The notes under the pieces were generated by a model that was given only the letters and a program-made list of their open reading frames with translations, searched no databases and was not told the DNA's origin. This document shows, one piece after another, positions 20,333-29,778 of a DNA stretch of 64,000 nucleotides. The DNA is taken from the NCBI GenBank assembly GCA_964621445.1, contig CAZUNO010000005.1:89338-153337 (forward strand), written 5' to 3'. The first letter of the stretch is position 1. Each line of letters opens with the position of its first letter. Position numbers and translations under genes: made by a program. This DNA is from Candidatus Hadarchaeota archaeon (GTDB lineage Archaea > CAYQAE01 > CAYVLA01).

Positions 20333-21154
20333 ATGCTCACAATTCAGGGAAATCCAGGGGGCAACGCAGGCTTGGATGAATATATATTATTCTCGAAAAA
20401 CGGAGAGGACTCCTTCGAGGTCAAGATTCCCTTTTCTTCCGACTCCTTGAACCAGGTCTCGGATCTACTGACCAAGCAAGGATTCCTAGTGGAAAGAAAG
20501 GAGATGGATAGGCTTCAGACCGAATTAGTCGAACTCAAGTCCATGCTAAGTGAAGTAAGGGAAGAAAACGAAAGCCTCGGTCGACTTCTCCAAGATATCC
20601 TCAAAGGACTGGACAGCACCAAGTCCCAAGGCGCTAACCGGGAGACCAAATCGGGACTGACCGATACGGGAACTGAGAAGATGAGAATCCCGGATGATAA
20701 GATCTCCATGCTCCCCTCCCCGGATACAAAGGCATTCAAGCTCATAAGCAAGCTGGCAAAGGAGCACATGGATGAGAAATTTACCACCTCCGGCCTAAGC
20801 CTGTACGAAAAGCGAGTTTTCTCCCTTCTAGTCAAGAGATATGAGTTCGCGAGAAGGGTGGGTAAGAAGGGTCGCAGCGTCGTATATACCTTCCACCCTC
20901 CGGCCCTTGAATCCCTATGCAAGGAGCTCGGCGGAAGGGCCATGATCTCAGTTCGTTCCCGGGTGAGATCGAAATCGGTGGTGGACTTCCTGGAAAAGAT
21001 GAAGGATAGATATCCCCATTTCTGTTACAGAGAGGTTCCCAGCCAAACCGGGTACAAGCAACATGAGCTTCTCTTCTCCGACAAGTCGGTCAGAAAATCG
21101 GTGATGGGCAACCTGACCCGGACCTTCGGGCCGAACAGCGTCAAGATCCTGTAG
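20333..21154 (+). CDS. Hypothetical protein: coiled coil, probable winged helix and basic C-terminal domain
   Basis: Heptad segment LQTELVELKSMLSEVREENESL; wing-like RVGKKGRSVVYTF. Confidence 0.6.
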   Translation: MLTIQGNPGGNAGLDEYILFSKNGEDSFEVKIPFSSDSLNQVSDLLTKQGFLVERKEMDRLQTELVELKSMLSEVREENESLGRLLQDILKGLDSTKSQGANRETKSGLTDTGTEKMRIPDDKISMLPSPDTKAFKLISKLAKEHMDEKFTTSGLSLYEKRVFSLLVKRYEFARRVGKKGRSVVYTFHPPALESLCKELGGRAMISVRSRVRSKSVVDFLEKMKDRYPHFCYREVPSQTGYKQHELLFSDKSVRKSVMGNLTRTFGPNSVKIL

Positions 21155-22064
21155 AGTTTAGGTCCCCGGAATCCAGGCCCATAACCACCCCGTAAATGAC
21201 GTCCCCCACAGCCTTGAGGCTATCGGCATCTATCTTGTCCAGGTCGTCCTTCTCAGTATGCCAGTATGAATTCAGGGGGCCATATTCGAAATCGATGAGC
21301 ACACATGATGGGACCCCAGCAGACATGAAAGGCACGTGATCGTCCAGCACCATTATCTGTGATTGGCCGAAATGTTCATTATACCCCATCTCATCGGCCT
21401 TAGCCCATATATAATTCAACAGCTCCCTGTCCGAGTTACCATCCCTTTGAATCATAAGCTTTCTGTCCCCGATCATATCCGGTACAATGAGCCAGGAGGG
21501 TAAACTCTCCTCCTCTTCCAGCAGCTCAACAAGGTGGCGACTCCCGTAGAACATTGTCTCCGGATCATCCCCCGTGTCCTCACCGTCGAAGAATATCAAC
21601 CACACCGTATGCTCCAGGGCCTGCTCAACCAGCACTTCTCCCAGCTCCAACAGCAGTCCGGCACTGGACCCGCCATCATTGGCCCCGGGAATATCCTTGG
21701 TATCGTAGTGGCCCCCAACCGCTATTATCCCCCTCCCTCCACTTCCTGGTATGATCCCTATGATATTTTCCATATCATAATCAGTACCCTCATAGGTGGC
21801 CACGAAGGGGTCACACCTGACCTTCAATCCCATCACCCGTAGCTGACCTTTGATGTACTCCCTGGCCTGGGCAATCGAATCAGATCCTATGGACCGAGGA
21901 CCCAGGGACACCAGGTGTTCCACCTGTGAAAGGGCCCTTTCACCGGATACGGGGGTCATATCGCCATCCCCGATGGAAACCTCATTACCGTGGTCCAGGA
22001 TGAAGAGCATGGAGAGGAGGGCTCCGAGAAGCAAAATTATGGAAATAGTAAGCTTTCGGTCCAT
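21141..22064 (-). CDS. Membrane-anchored M28 metallopeptidase / glutaminyl cyclase-like protein
   Basis: GHYDTK, GANDGGS, FFDGED, DMIGD, DDHVPF, YWHT motifs; N-terminal hydrophobic helix. Confidence 0.9.
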   Translation of the reverse strand: MDRKLTISIILLLGALLSMLFILDHGNEVSIGDGDMTPVSGERALSQVEHLVSLGPRSIGSDSIAQAREYIKGQLRVMGLKVRCDPFVATYEGTDYDMENIIGIIPGSGGRGIIAVGGHYDTKDIPGANDGGSSAGLLLELGEVLVEQALEHTVWLIFFDGEDTGDDPETMFYGSRHLVELLEEEESLPSWLIVPDMIGDRKLMIQRDGNSDRELLNYIWAKADEMGYNEHFGQSQIMVLDDHVPFMSAGVPSCVLIDFEYGPLNSYWHTEKDDLDKIDADSLKAVGDVIYGVVMGLDSGDLNSTGS

Positions 22065-22121
22065 GATAAAAGATTAATAAGCAAATCAGAGGCTTATTAA
22101 CGTTCCCTAAGAGGTCGCAAG

Positions 22122-23609
22122 TTGAGAAGAACCCTTCCCATACTGCTCTTGATCCTTATATTCTCCCCGATTTCGGTCTTTTCTTTCGCCGAAGTTGAGA
22201 GAATGCCCTACTTCGTCAAATCCCAAGGCGGGAAGACGATTTACTGGAACGAATCCTATAGGATCCTCGCCGGCGACCTGGAACTCCAGCTGGTAACCGG
22301 TACAGCACGGGTATCCGACCAGTTTGGTGACCGGATGCTGGAATGGGATCCGGAAATAATATCCATAAAGGTCGAAGACGAGGAGGTAATGCGTAGAAAG
22401 ACGCTTGAATTCATCTCCGACGATCCCCTCCTCAACATGCCTTTCCTGGGGATAGGCGGCGTGGTGTCCCCAACAAATGAGATAATGGGACTAACCCCTT
22501 CGGGGGCACCCGCATCCAATTTGGAGTGGGGAGAGAAAGGAGAGGAAGGTGTTGTGTCCTGGTCTACCTCGTATCAATACAAGGCCGGGGATAGAATATC
22601 ATGGCTTAATAGGTCCTTCCTGCTGAATGCGAGCCTTAAGATCGATTGTGAATTCACGGTTGTGGATGCATATCAGGCCATGGAACAGAAGGTAATGGTC
22701 ACCAACGGGGACGAATCCCAGTCCCTTCCCTTCCCCCTGGAGACCGCGTTCTGCCTGGGCTCCTCATTTGAGGAAAAGGCCTTGAGCCTGCCAAATATGA
22801 CCCTTGAACCCGACAGGTACTTCACCTATCCGGCCACCGACCTTCCCGTCCAGTGGTATGACCCCGCCTCAGATTCCTACAGCCTGCCGGGATCCATGTG
22901 GTCGGAGGATGATCTTCCCGGACTTCTATATACCGAGTTTGATCTTCAAAACCGCGACTGGTTCGGCGCAGTAACCGAAACCCAGATATCCTATCAAATG
23001 CAGGGAGGCGCGGGGGTGAGGGTGCTTTCAAGCCAGGGATTTGAAGATTTCCGCCCCTATTCCATGTTCATCTCCGGCGAGGATGACCACATGGTATTCG
23101 GGTTCAAACCGTACAGCCAAGCCGGGAGTTACGATGATTTCACACCCATGACCGTTGATCCGGGTGAACAAGCATCACTTGAACTCCTTTGGTTTTTCCC
23201 GGAGTCCGAGGGGGAAACCATGGGACTGTCCGACCTCGAGGAGTTCGCCAACCAGTCCATCTCAGTTTCGCAATTCGTCCAATCGGAGAAGGACGCGGAA
23301 GAGCTCTTCAAGGAGGCTAATTCCCTGGCCGCTGATGGCCAGATGGTCCAAGCGGTCGACAAGGCCACCTCGGCCTTCCTCACCTACCAGAATCTGGGAA
23401 AGATTTCTGACACCATGCTGGAGGAGAGCCGCAACATCAATACCACGATAACAACCTGGAGGAACTCAGCATCCGACCCCGAACCCCACCCAGAAAAGGG
23501 GGATAGGAGCGCCATGTTCATCACCCTGGGGATCTTCCTGGTTCTATTAATCTCGATTTCGTTCTGGGTCTATGTCATCAAGCCACGCCGTGCACAGGGA
23601 AATGATTAA
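22122..23609 (+). CDS. Secreted, C-terminally membrane-anchored hypothetical protein
   Basis: Signal peptide, several N-x-S/T sequons, helical stalk, C-terminal TM followed by KPRR. Confidence 0.7.
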   Translation: MRRTLPILLLILIFSPISVFSFAEVERMPYFVKSQGGKTIYWNESYRILAGDLELQLVTGTARVSDQFGDRMLEWDPEIISIKVEDEEVMRRKTLEFISDDPLLNMPFLGIGGVVSPTNEIMGLTPSGAPASNLEWGEKGEEGVVSWSTSYQYKAGDRISWLNRSFLLNASLKIDCEFTVVDAYQAMEQKVMVTNGDESQSLPFPLETAFCLGSSFEEKALSLPNMTLEPDRYFTYPATDLPVQWYDPASDSYSLPGSMWSEDDLPGLLYTEFDLQNRDWFGAVTETQISYQMQGGAGVRVLSSQGFEDFRPYSMFISGEDDHMVFGFKPYSQAGSYDDFTPMTVDPGEQASLELLWFFPESEGETMGLSDLEEFANQSISVSQFVQSEKDAEELFKEANSLAADGQMVQAVDKATSAFLTYQNLGKISDTMLEESRNINTTITTWRNSASDPEPHPEKGDRSAMFITLGIFLVLLISISFWVYVIKPRRAQGND

Positions 23610-24100
23610 CCATCATCCATCCGGTAGGTCATCTTGATTGCATCCTCTCCATCCCTGTAATACCCAGGTACCAATCTATCGGTCTCGTACCCCAGTGAAC
23701 GGTAGAGTTCTATGGCCGAGGTATTGCTTTTCCTAACCTCAAGTTTCACCCGGTCAGCCCCTGCTTCCTCCAGCTTTCTGTCCACATTCCTGATAAGCAG
23801 TCGGGCTATCCCCCTTCTTCGTTTCTCCGGACGGACGGCTATCGATATGATGTGGCCCTCCCTTTCATTCCTGATATCGGCTATAACATAGCCAAGCAGA
23901 CGATCATCTGCCTCAGCCACCAGAAATGTTGATCTATTCTTGTTGGCCAAAAACCTTAGGTACCCCATTGGGTAAGGACTAGGGAAGGATTTTTCCTCTA
24001 GGTCGAGTATCCTCTCCAAGTCCTCGCGGCGTACCTCCCTGATCCCGATTTCCGCAGCGCCTTCCAGGTGACTTCCCCCTTGACCTTTCAGCAAACCCAA
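23606..24100 (-). CDS. rimI: RimI/Ard1-like N-terminal acetyltransferase (GNAT)
   Basis: GHIISIAV, RRRGIA, LEVRKSN, YYRDGEDA. Confidence 0.9.
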   Translation of the reverse strand: MGLLKGQGGSHLEGAAEIGIREVRREDLERILDLEEKSFPSPYPMGYLRFLANKNRSTFLVAEADDRLLGYVIADIRNEREGHIISIAVRPEKRRRGIARLLIRNVDRKLEEAGADRVKLEVRKSNTSAIELYRSLGYETDRLVPGYYRDGEDAIKMTYRMDDG

Positions 24101-24238
24101 ATCATGGCCTAATATATTTGAGCCAGGGTCCGAGCCCTTCCATTACCCAATATGCAGTTCAGATTCTCCAAATTTTCCCTTAATCCATGGTCATACATAT
24201 TAGTCATTTCAGTCAATTTTCCTCAAGGCGTGTAGAAC

Positions 24239-24643
24239 TTGAGCAACAGGAGACGTGGCATAAACTACGAAAGGAAGTTGGTGGACCTACTTCATGAAAT
24301 GGGCTATGCTGCGGTTAGGGTGGCCGGGAGCGGAGCCAAAGCCCTGCCTTGCCCCGACGTCGTTGCCTGTCATAAAGGGGACATACTGGCCATAGAGGTC
24401 AAGACCACGCGCAAGAACCAGGTCTACCTGTCGGACAACCAGGTCGATGATCTAAAGATCTATTCCAGGAATGCCGGGGCCAAGCCGCTGGTAGCCGTAA
24501 AATTCACCCATCTCGACTGGTATTTTCTAGAGCCATCCGAGATTCCCAGGACCGATGGAAGCGTATTGGTGGTCTCCAGGGATATGGCCACCCAGGAAGG
24601 GTTAACCTCCCTGGACATCAAGCCCATGACCGAGAAGGTGTAG
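24239..24643 (+). CDS. hjc: Holliday junction resolvase Hjc
   Basis: G-x-x-YERKL, RVAGSG, PDVVA and IEVK PD-(D/E)xK motifs. Confidence 0.94.
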   Translation: MSNRRRGINYERKLVDLLHEMGYAAVRVAGSGAKALPCPDVVACHKGDILAIEVKTTRKNQVYLSDNQVDDLKIYSRNAGAKPLVAVKFTHLDWYFLEPSEIPRTDGSVLVVSRDMATQEGLTSLDIKPMTEKV

Positions 24644-24645
24644 GT

Positions 24646-25716
24646 TTGCAGATCCTCAAATTGGATCTGAAGAATAACACGGTAAAGCTGAAAATCGATG
24701 ATATCGATGACCTTTGGGTCGTATACAACACCATCGAGCAGGGCGATCGTGTCCGCGCCAGGACCTTCAGAAGGGAAAAACTGGATAACCAGGACTCCCG
24801 TCCGGAGAGGCCCCAGAAGAAACCCGTATTCCTGACCATCCAGGTCGAGAAGGTGGAATTACACAAATACGTTAACATGGTCCGCCTCATAGGGAGGATA
24901 ATTGATGGTGTGGACGTTGGCAGTTATCACAGCATAAACGTTAGAGAGGGCACCGTATTCTCCATTGTGAGGGATTGGACAAGGAGCGAGATCGGGAATC
25001 TAAAGGAGGCGGTCAAGGACAGCAAGAGACCCTCCGTCCTGGTTGTGGCTCTGGAAGAGGGAGAGGCTACATTCGGACTGGTGAGGCAGAGGGGAATTGA
25101 CTTAATGGGCGATATATCGCATAACATCCCCGGGAAACGTGAGAAGGGTTCCCGCGAATCATCCCGGAAAGAGTTCTTTTCCCAGTTAGTCAATGGAATT
25201 CAAGATTTTGTCGAGTCCAGGAATACAGAATACGTGCTGATAGTTGGGCCCGAGCTAACCCGTACCGGATTCAGTAAATATGTACAGGAAAAGGGGCTAC
25301 TGGATGATGTTAACCTATCCTATGAGACCTGTTTTTCCCCCGGTGAGCCTGGGATATACGAGGCCATTCGAAGAGGTGCCGTCGATAGACTTGTAAAGAC
25401 CAGCCGGGTGTCCCAGGAGATGTCCTGGATGGAGGACCTGTTGGAGGAGATAGCAAAGGAGGGCAAGGCTACCTACGGTGCAGATCAGGTCGAAAACGCG
25501 GTAATGGCTGGGGCGGTGGACACCCTTCTGATTACCGATGAGTTTTTCCGTAAGCGGAGACGACGATCGGAGCGGCTTATGAACAAGGTCGAGGATTATT
25601 CGGGCCAGCACGTGTTGATAAGCACCGACCATCAGGGCGGTAAAAAGCTCCAATCTCTGGGAGGGGTGGCCGCAATCCTGAGGTACCAACTCCCCGACAC
25701 GGGGATAGGTTCCTAA
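24646..25716 (+). CDS. pelA: Pelota mRNA surveillance protein
   Basis: DDLW, IPGK, ATYG and LGGVAAILRY motifs. Confidence 0.95.
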   Translation: MQILKLDLKNNTVKLKIDDIDDLWVVYNTIEQGDRVRARTFRREKLDNQDSRPERPQKKPVFLTIQVEKVELHKYVNMVRLIGRIIDGVDVGSYHSINVREGTVFSIVRDWTRSEIGNLKEAVKDSKRPSVLVVALEEGEATFGLVRQRGIDLMGDISHNIPGKREKGSRESSRKEFFSQLVNGIQDFVESRNTEYVLIVGPELTRTGFSKYVQEKGLLDDVNLSYETCFSPGEPGIYEAIRRGAVDRLVKTSRVSQEMSWMEDLLEEIAKEGKATYGADQVENAVMAGAVDTLLITDEFFRKRRRRSERLMNKVEDYSGQHVLISTDHQGGKKLQSLGGVAAILRYQLPDTGIGS

Positions 25717-25831
25717 AAACCTGTCAGGGAAAATACGAAACAAACTTAAATAACCAGATAAGGTCAAATCTTCCGGGACATGGTCCCGCTATCACGTCAA
25801 GAGACGGAGACATTTGCACGGAGGTACAAAG

Positions 25832-26143
25832 ATGAAAGAAAACACAGTGTATATCGGAAAAAAGAAATTGATGAACTATGTACTGGCCATCGTTACGCAG
25901 TTCAACTCGGCGAACGCGGACGAAGTTGTAGTAAAGGCCAGAGGGAGAGCCATAAGTACTGCAGTTGATACATGCGAGGTTACCAAAAACCGTTTCCTTC
26001 CCGACCTGGTCTACAAGGACATTAAGTTGTCAACGGAGACAGCGAAGAGAGACGACGGAAGTGAGCTCAACGTTTCGTCGTTCGAGGCCATCCTGAGCCG
26101 GGGTAATCCGGAATCCAAGAAAAAGGAAAACGACTCCGAATAA
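25832..26143 (+). CDS. albA: Chromatin protein Alba
   Basis: VYIGKK, MNYVLA, KARGRAISTAVD; ATG at 25832 after GGAGGT. Confidence 0.95.
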   Translation: MKENTVYIGKKKLMNYVLAIVTQFNSANADEVVVKARGRAISTAVDTCEVTKNRFLPDLVYKDIKLSTETAKRDDGSELNVSSFEAILSRGNPESKKKENDSE

Positions 26144-26221
26144 TTTCCCGATTAGTTTTCCTTCACAGGTACCGCTTGATCTGAGTAATAGATAATAGAG
26201 CTTGGCGGTTCCGGCCTATTA

Positions 26222-27403
26222 ATGAGGGTACTTATCGTCACCTGGGTCTTCCCAACCCACGGTGGGGTGTTCAACTTCCTGGAGAAGGTCATATCCGGCC
26301 TTTCCGGGGGAGAACACGAGTTCGAAGTGGTGGCCGTGGAGCCAAGTCCCGAAGCACGTAGGGAGTGCAACTATCTACCCGAACACCAGATACACACGGT
26401 TTCCCAGGTAGCCCTCCCAAGTCCCCTTTCCTTCCCTCTCATCGGAATGATCTTGACCGTCGTGGGAATCGCCAGGAGGGGGAATTTCGATGTTATCTTC
26501 TGCCAGGACCCCATGTTTGCGGGCATCCCATCCCTAATCGCGTCCGGGATAACTGGCATCCCCCTGCTGGTGGCCGACCACGGGCTGGTCAAGAATTTCA
26601 AGAAGGAGGAATATTGGAGAAATTTCGGTTTTCAACTCATCATCATATGGAGGATAATATCCCTAATGGTGATGAAACCGGTGTTTAAGATCTCGTCTGG
26701 GATCTATGCCCCCGGCGAAGATGTGGCCAACGCCGTTCGCGGGCTATTCGGGAGGGAACTAACGGGGAAGATCACGGTCTTTCCAATAGGCATCGATACG
26801 GAGCGCTATCAGCCCGAAGCTGACCTTGGAAGTGAGATTAGACGGGGTCTATCCATCAAAAAAGGTCCTGTGGCCACTTTTGTAGGACGCCTACACATCG
26901 AAAGTGGGCTAGATACACTGATAGAGGCCGCCTCCGGGTTTGATGAAGATACCCTACCCATTTTTCTGATCGTGGGGGACGGGAATCTAAAAACGGGCTA
27001 TGAACGGCTGGCCAGGGAGAAAAGCGGCGGTAATTTCATCTTCCTGGGATACAGAGAGGATGTAAACCCATACCTGGCGGCCTCGGACATCTTCGTTTTC
27101 CCCAAGATCTTCGCAGGGGGTCACTCCGTTGCCCTCAGGGAGGCTATGGCAGCATCTCTGCCCTGTATAGCAACTTCAGGAGTCGATTCACACGATGAGA
27201 TAATCGATGACGGTAAGAACGGAATTCTGGTCAGCCCCGGCGCGAGCTGGGAACTCCATAAGGCCCTTAAGGACCTCCTTGATAATCCATCCCTCAGGGC
27301 CAAACTGGGAACCGCCGCCAGGAACTACGTAATTGAGAGGTACGGCATGAAGATCTTCCTGGACAACGTGAAGCGTCTATTGTCATCACTCGAGGAGAGA
27401 TGA
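26222..27403 (+). CDS. GT4 glycosyltransferase
   Basis: FVGRL, VGDG, FLGYR, EAMAA motifs. Confidence 0.9.
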   Translation: MRVLIVTWVFPTHGGVFNFLEKVISGLSGGEHEFEVVAVEPSPEARRECNYLPEHQIHTVSQVALPSPLSFPLIGMILTVVGIARRGNFDVIFCQDPMFAGIPSLIASGITGIPLLVADHGLVKNFKKEEYWRNFGFQLIIIWRIISLMVMKPVFKISSGIYAPGEDVANAVRGLFGRELTGKITVFPIGIDTERYQPEADLGSEIRRGLSIKKGPVATFVGRLHIESGLDTLIEAASGFDEDTLPIFLIVGDGNLKTGYERLAREKSGGNFIFLGYREDVNPYLAASDIFVFPKIFAGGHSVALREAMAASLPCIATSGVDSHDEIIDDGKNGILVSPGASWELHKALKDLLDNPSLRAKLGTAARNYVIERYGMKIFLDNVKRLLSSLEER

Positions 27404-28579
27404 ATACCCATCCACTAGTCTTCCGGCCATTTTTCTCCAGTTATACCTGTTTTGGGCATCCAAGGCAGCCCGGCTCATCCTATCGTAGATATCATCATCC
27501 ATAATGGTTCTAATCGAGTCGGCCACCTCCTCCACTTTCTCCGGGTCCACTGCGAGGCCATTTCCCTCCGCTTTTACTATCCTGCTTTTCTCCCCCAGGT
27601 CGGAGACCAGAATTGGTTTTCCGGCCGCAATCGACTCGAAAAGCTTGTTGGGAACGGTTAGCACGTTATTAGGATCGTTCCCCTTGTATAGAGCAAACAG
27701 AAGATCGCTGGCCAGATCATAGGCGGGAACCAGGGTGGGATCGATCTCTCCTCCAAATATGACCCGGTCATCGACCTCAAGCTTCCCTACCATGCTCCGT
27801 AATTTCCCCTCGATGGGGCCATATCCCCCTATAAACAAGTTAACTCCCTCCAGCATTGAAACCGCCCGGACGGCCTCCTCCAAGCCCCGGTTGGGAAACA
27901 GACCACCGATGTAAACCATTAGAAACTCCTCGTCAGATGCCAGTGATTCGCGAAGCCCCTCTACCTCCTCCTCCGGACATGAGAAGGGCTCGAAACAATT
28001 CATCACCGTTATCACCCTCTTACCCCCGCTCTCCCGGGCAATACCGGCTATGGGCGTGCTGGTGGCCAGAACCATGTCCGCCCTCCTGATGAGAAACGGC
28101 TCCAGGAGCCTCAGTATGCGGACCAGAGGTCGGGGAGCGAAGGTTGATATGAAATCCGGGTAGGACTCGTGCATATCGTAGACCAGCCTGATGGATTTCA
28201 ATCTTGTAACGATTAGTCCGGGGACCATGGTGTCCATGTCGTGGCAGTGAACCGCATCCAGGTCGCTTCCAAGGCCAGCAAGGATCAGGTGGATATAGAA
28301 AAGAATAAAGCCGGGTACCAGTGACAGAAACTCCCCGTAGTCAGCCCGGATCGGGTGACGAATGACCCTCACCCCATCAAATTCCTCCTCAAGGGGCAGC
28401 TTGCATTCCCTATCCCAGGCCTGAACGCATACCTGGTGACCGTTATCAACTAGGCTCCTTGCTTCCCGGAGGACCCTGAGGTCGGGCTTAAACGGATTGG
28501 CCAGGAACATCGATATCCTAGACACTGGGAAATAGTGAAATGGCCACAAGGTAAAAGCTTTCCCCCAGGCAGAGATCAT
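27386..28579 (-). CDS. GT4 glycosyltransferase
   Basis: PDLRVLREA, HCHD, YDMHE, PNKLFE..AAGKP; true start may lie slightly downstream. Confidence 0.9.
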   Translation of the reverse strand: MISAWGKAFTLWPFHYFPVSRISMFLANPFKPDLRVLREARSLVDNGHQVCVQAWDRECKLPLEEEFDGVRVIRHPIRADYGEFLSLVPGFILFYIHLILAGLGSDLDAVHCHDMDTMVPGLIVTRLKSIRLVYDMHESYPDFISTFAPRPLVRILRLLEPFLIRRADMVLATSTPIAGIARESGGKRVITVMNCFEPFSCPEEEVEGLRESLASDEEFLMVYIGGLFPNRGLEEAVRAVSMLEGVNLFIGGYGPIEGKLRSMVGKLEVDDRVIFGGEIDPTLVPAYDLASDLLFALYKGNDPNNVLTVPNKLFESIAAGKPILVSDLGEKSRIVKAEGNGLAVDPEKVEEVADSIRTIMDDDIYDRMSRAALDAQNRYNWRKMAGRLVDGYSSLLE

Positions 28580-28632
28580 TTATCATGGAGGACCTTATTG
28601 TCTTTCCTCTAGCAGCCATGAAGTGTTCGTGA

Positions 28633-29778
28633 ATGAAGATTCTCATCGTGCCGGCCATTGATTGGTTTACGGCCCTGGAGAACAGGGTTCACCACCTAGT
28701 TAGATGCTGGCAGGAGAATCACGAGATACACGTCGTGCACCTGCCCCTGGGAGGGGAACCGCTTAGAGAGCCTGGTGGAGAGGTCATGCATACCTTCTCG
28801 ACGGCCAGGACCAGCAGCCTGCTAACCTATTACATTATGAACTTCATTCCCCAGGTGCTTCAGATAGTCCGGCTAATCAGGTCCAACAACATAGACCTGG
28901 TGGTTACCACCAACCTATCAGCCGGCACCGCGGCCATACTTGCGGCAAGGATATGTAATGTGCCCTCGATATTCGACTACTGTGATTACCTCCCGGCATT
29001 CTCTCATTATGCCGGCGTGTCATCAATCCTGCAACCCATATTGGGGTTCATCGGCGAACTGCTGACCATACTCAACTTCAGGCTCTCGGAGGTTACCGTG
29101 GTCATCGGTAAAAGGCTGATGGAGCATGCCCAGGACTACTCCGACGCCGTTCTCGAGGTCCCGAACGGGGTCGATGAGCGGAGATTTAGGGTCAAAGAGG
29201 AGTGGCGCCCAGGGGATAACCCGGTTCTGGGATATGTAGGAATACTTGAATTCTTCGTTAACCTGGGAACGGTCATCGACGCGCTCAAGTACCTTGATCG
29301 TTTTCGCCTGGTGGTAGTGGGCTCAGGTCGGGAGATGGGTAACCTGGTAGAATACGCCCAAAGGAGCGGGGTGAAGGAGAGGGTAAAGTTCGTGGGAAGG
29401 GTTCCTTACCAGAGGGTAGGGCGTTGGATCCAATCCATGGACGCGTGTCTGCTCCCTTTCTCCAGTAGCGACCTGACGGAATCCGCCCTGCCCCTGAAGG
29501 TACACGAGTACGCAGTTTGTCGCAGGCCGGTCATTGCCTCACCCCTTTTCGAGGTGGTTAGGATGTTTGGCGAGCTCCTACTATACGCCCGGGGACCCAG
29601 GGAGATCGCTTCGAAGGTGCAAAATCTTCTAAGCAATAGGACTGAAACTAGAAGAAGGATAAGGAGGGCCTACATCCGAGCTGCCGTCACCTACAGATGG
29701 AGCCGGTTCGGATCCCGATACGAAAAAGCATTTTCCAGGGCCCTGGGCGGGGGTGAGGCGTATAGACATGAACATTAA
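28633..29778 (+). CDS. GT4 glycosyltransferase
   Basis: VPNGVD, GYVG, PLKVHEY motifs. Confidence 0.88.
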   Translation: MKILIVPAIDWFTALENRVHHLVRCWQENHEIHVVHLPLGGEPLREPGGEVMHTFSTARTSSLLTYYIMNFIPQVLQIVRLIRSNNIDLVVTTNLSAGTAAILAARICNVPSIFDYCDYLPAFSHYAGVSSILQPILGFIGELLTILNFRLSEVTVVIGKRLMEHAQDYSDAVLEVPNGVDERRFRVKEEWRPGDNPVLGYVGILEFFVNLGTVIDALKYLDRFRLVVVGSGREMGNLVEYAQRSGVKERVKFVGRVPYQRVGRWIQSMDACLLPFSSSDLTESALPLKVHEYAVCRRPVIASPLFEVVRMFGELLLYARGPREIASKVQNLLSNRTETRRRIRRAYIRAAVTYRWSRFGSRYEKAFSRALGGGEAYRHEH

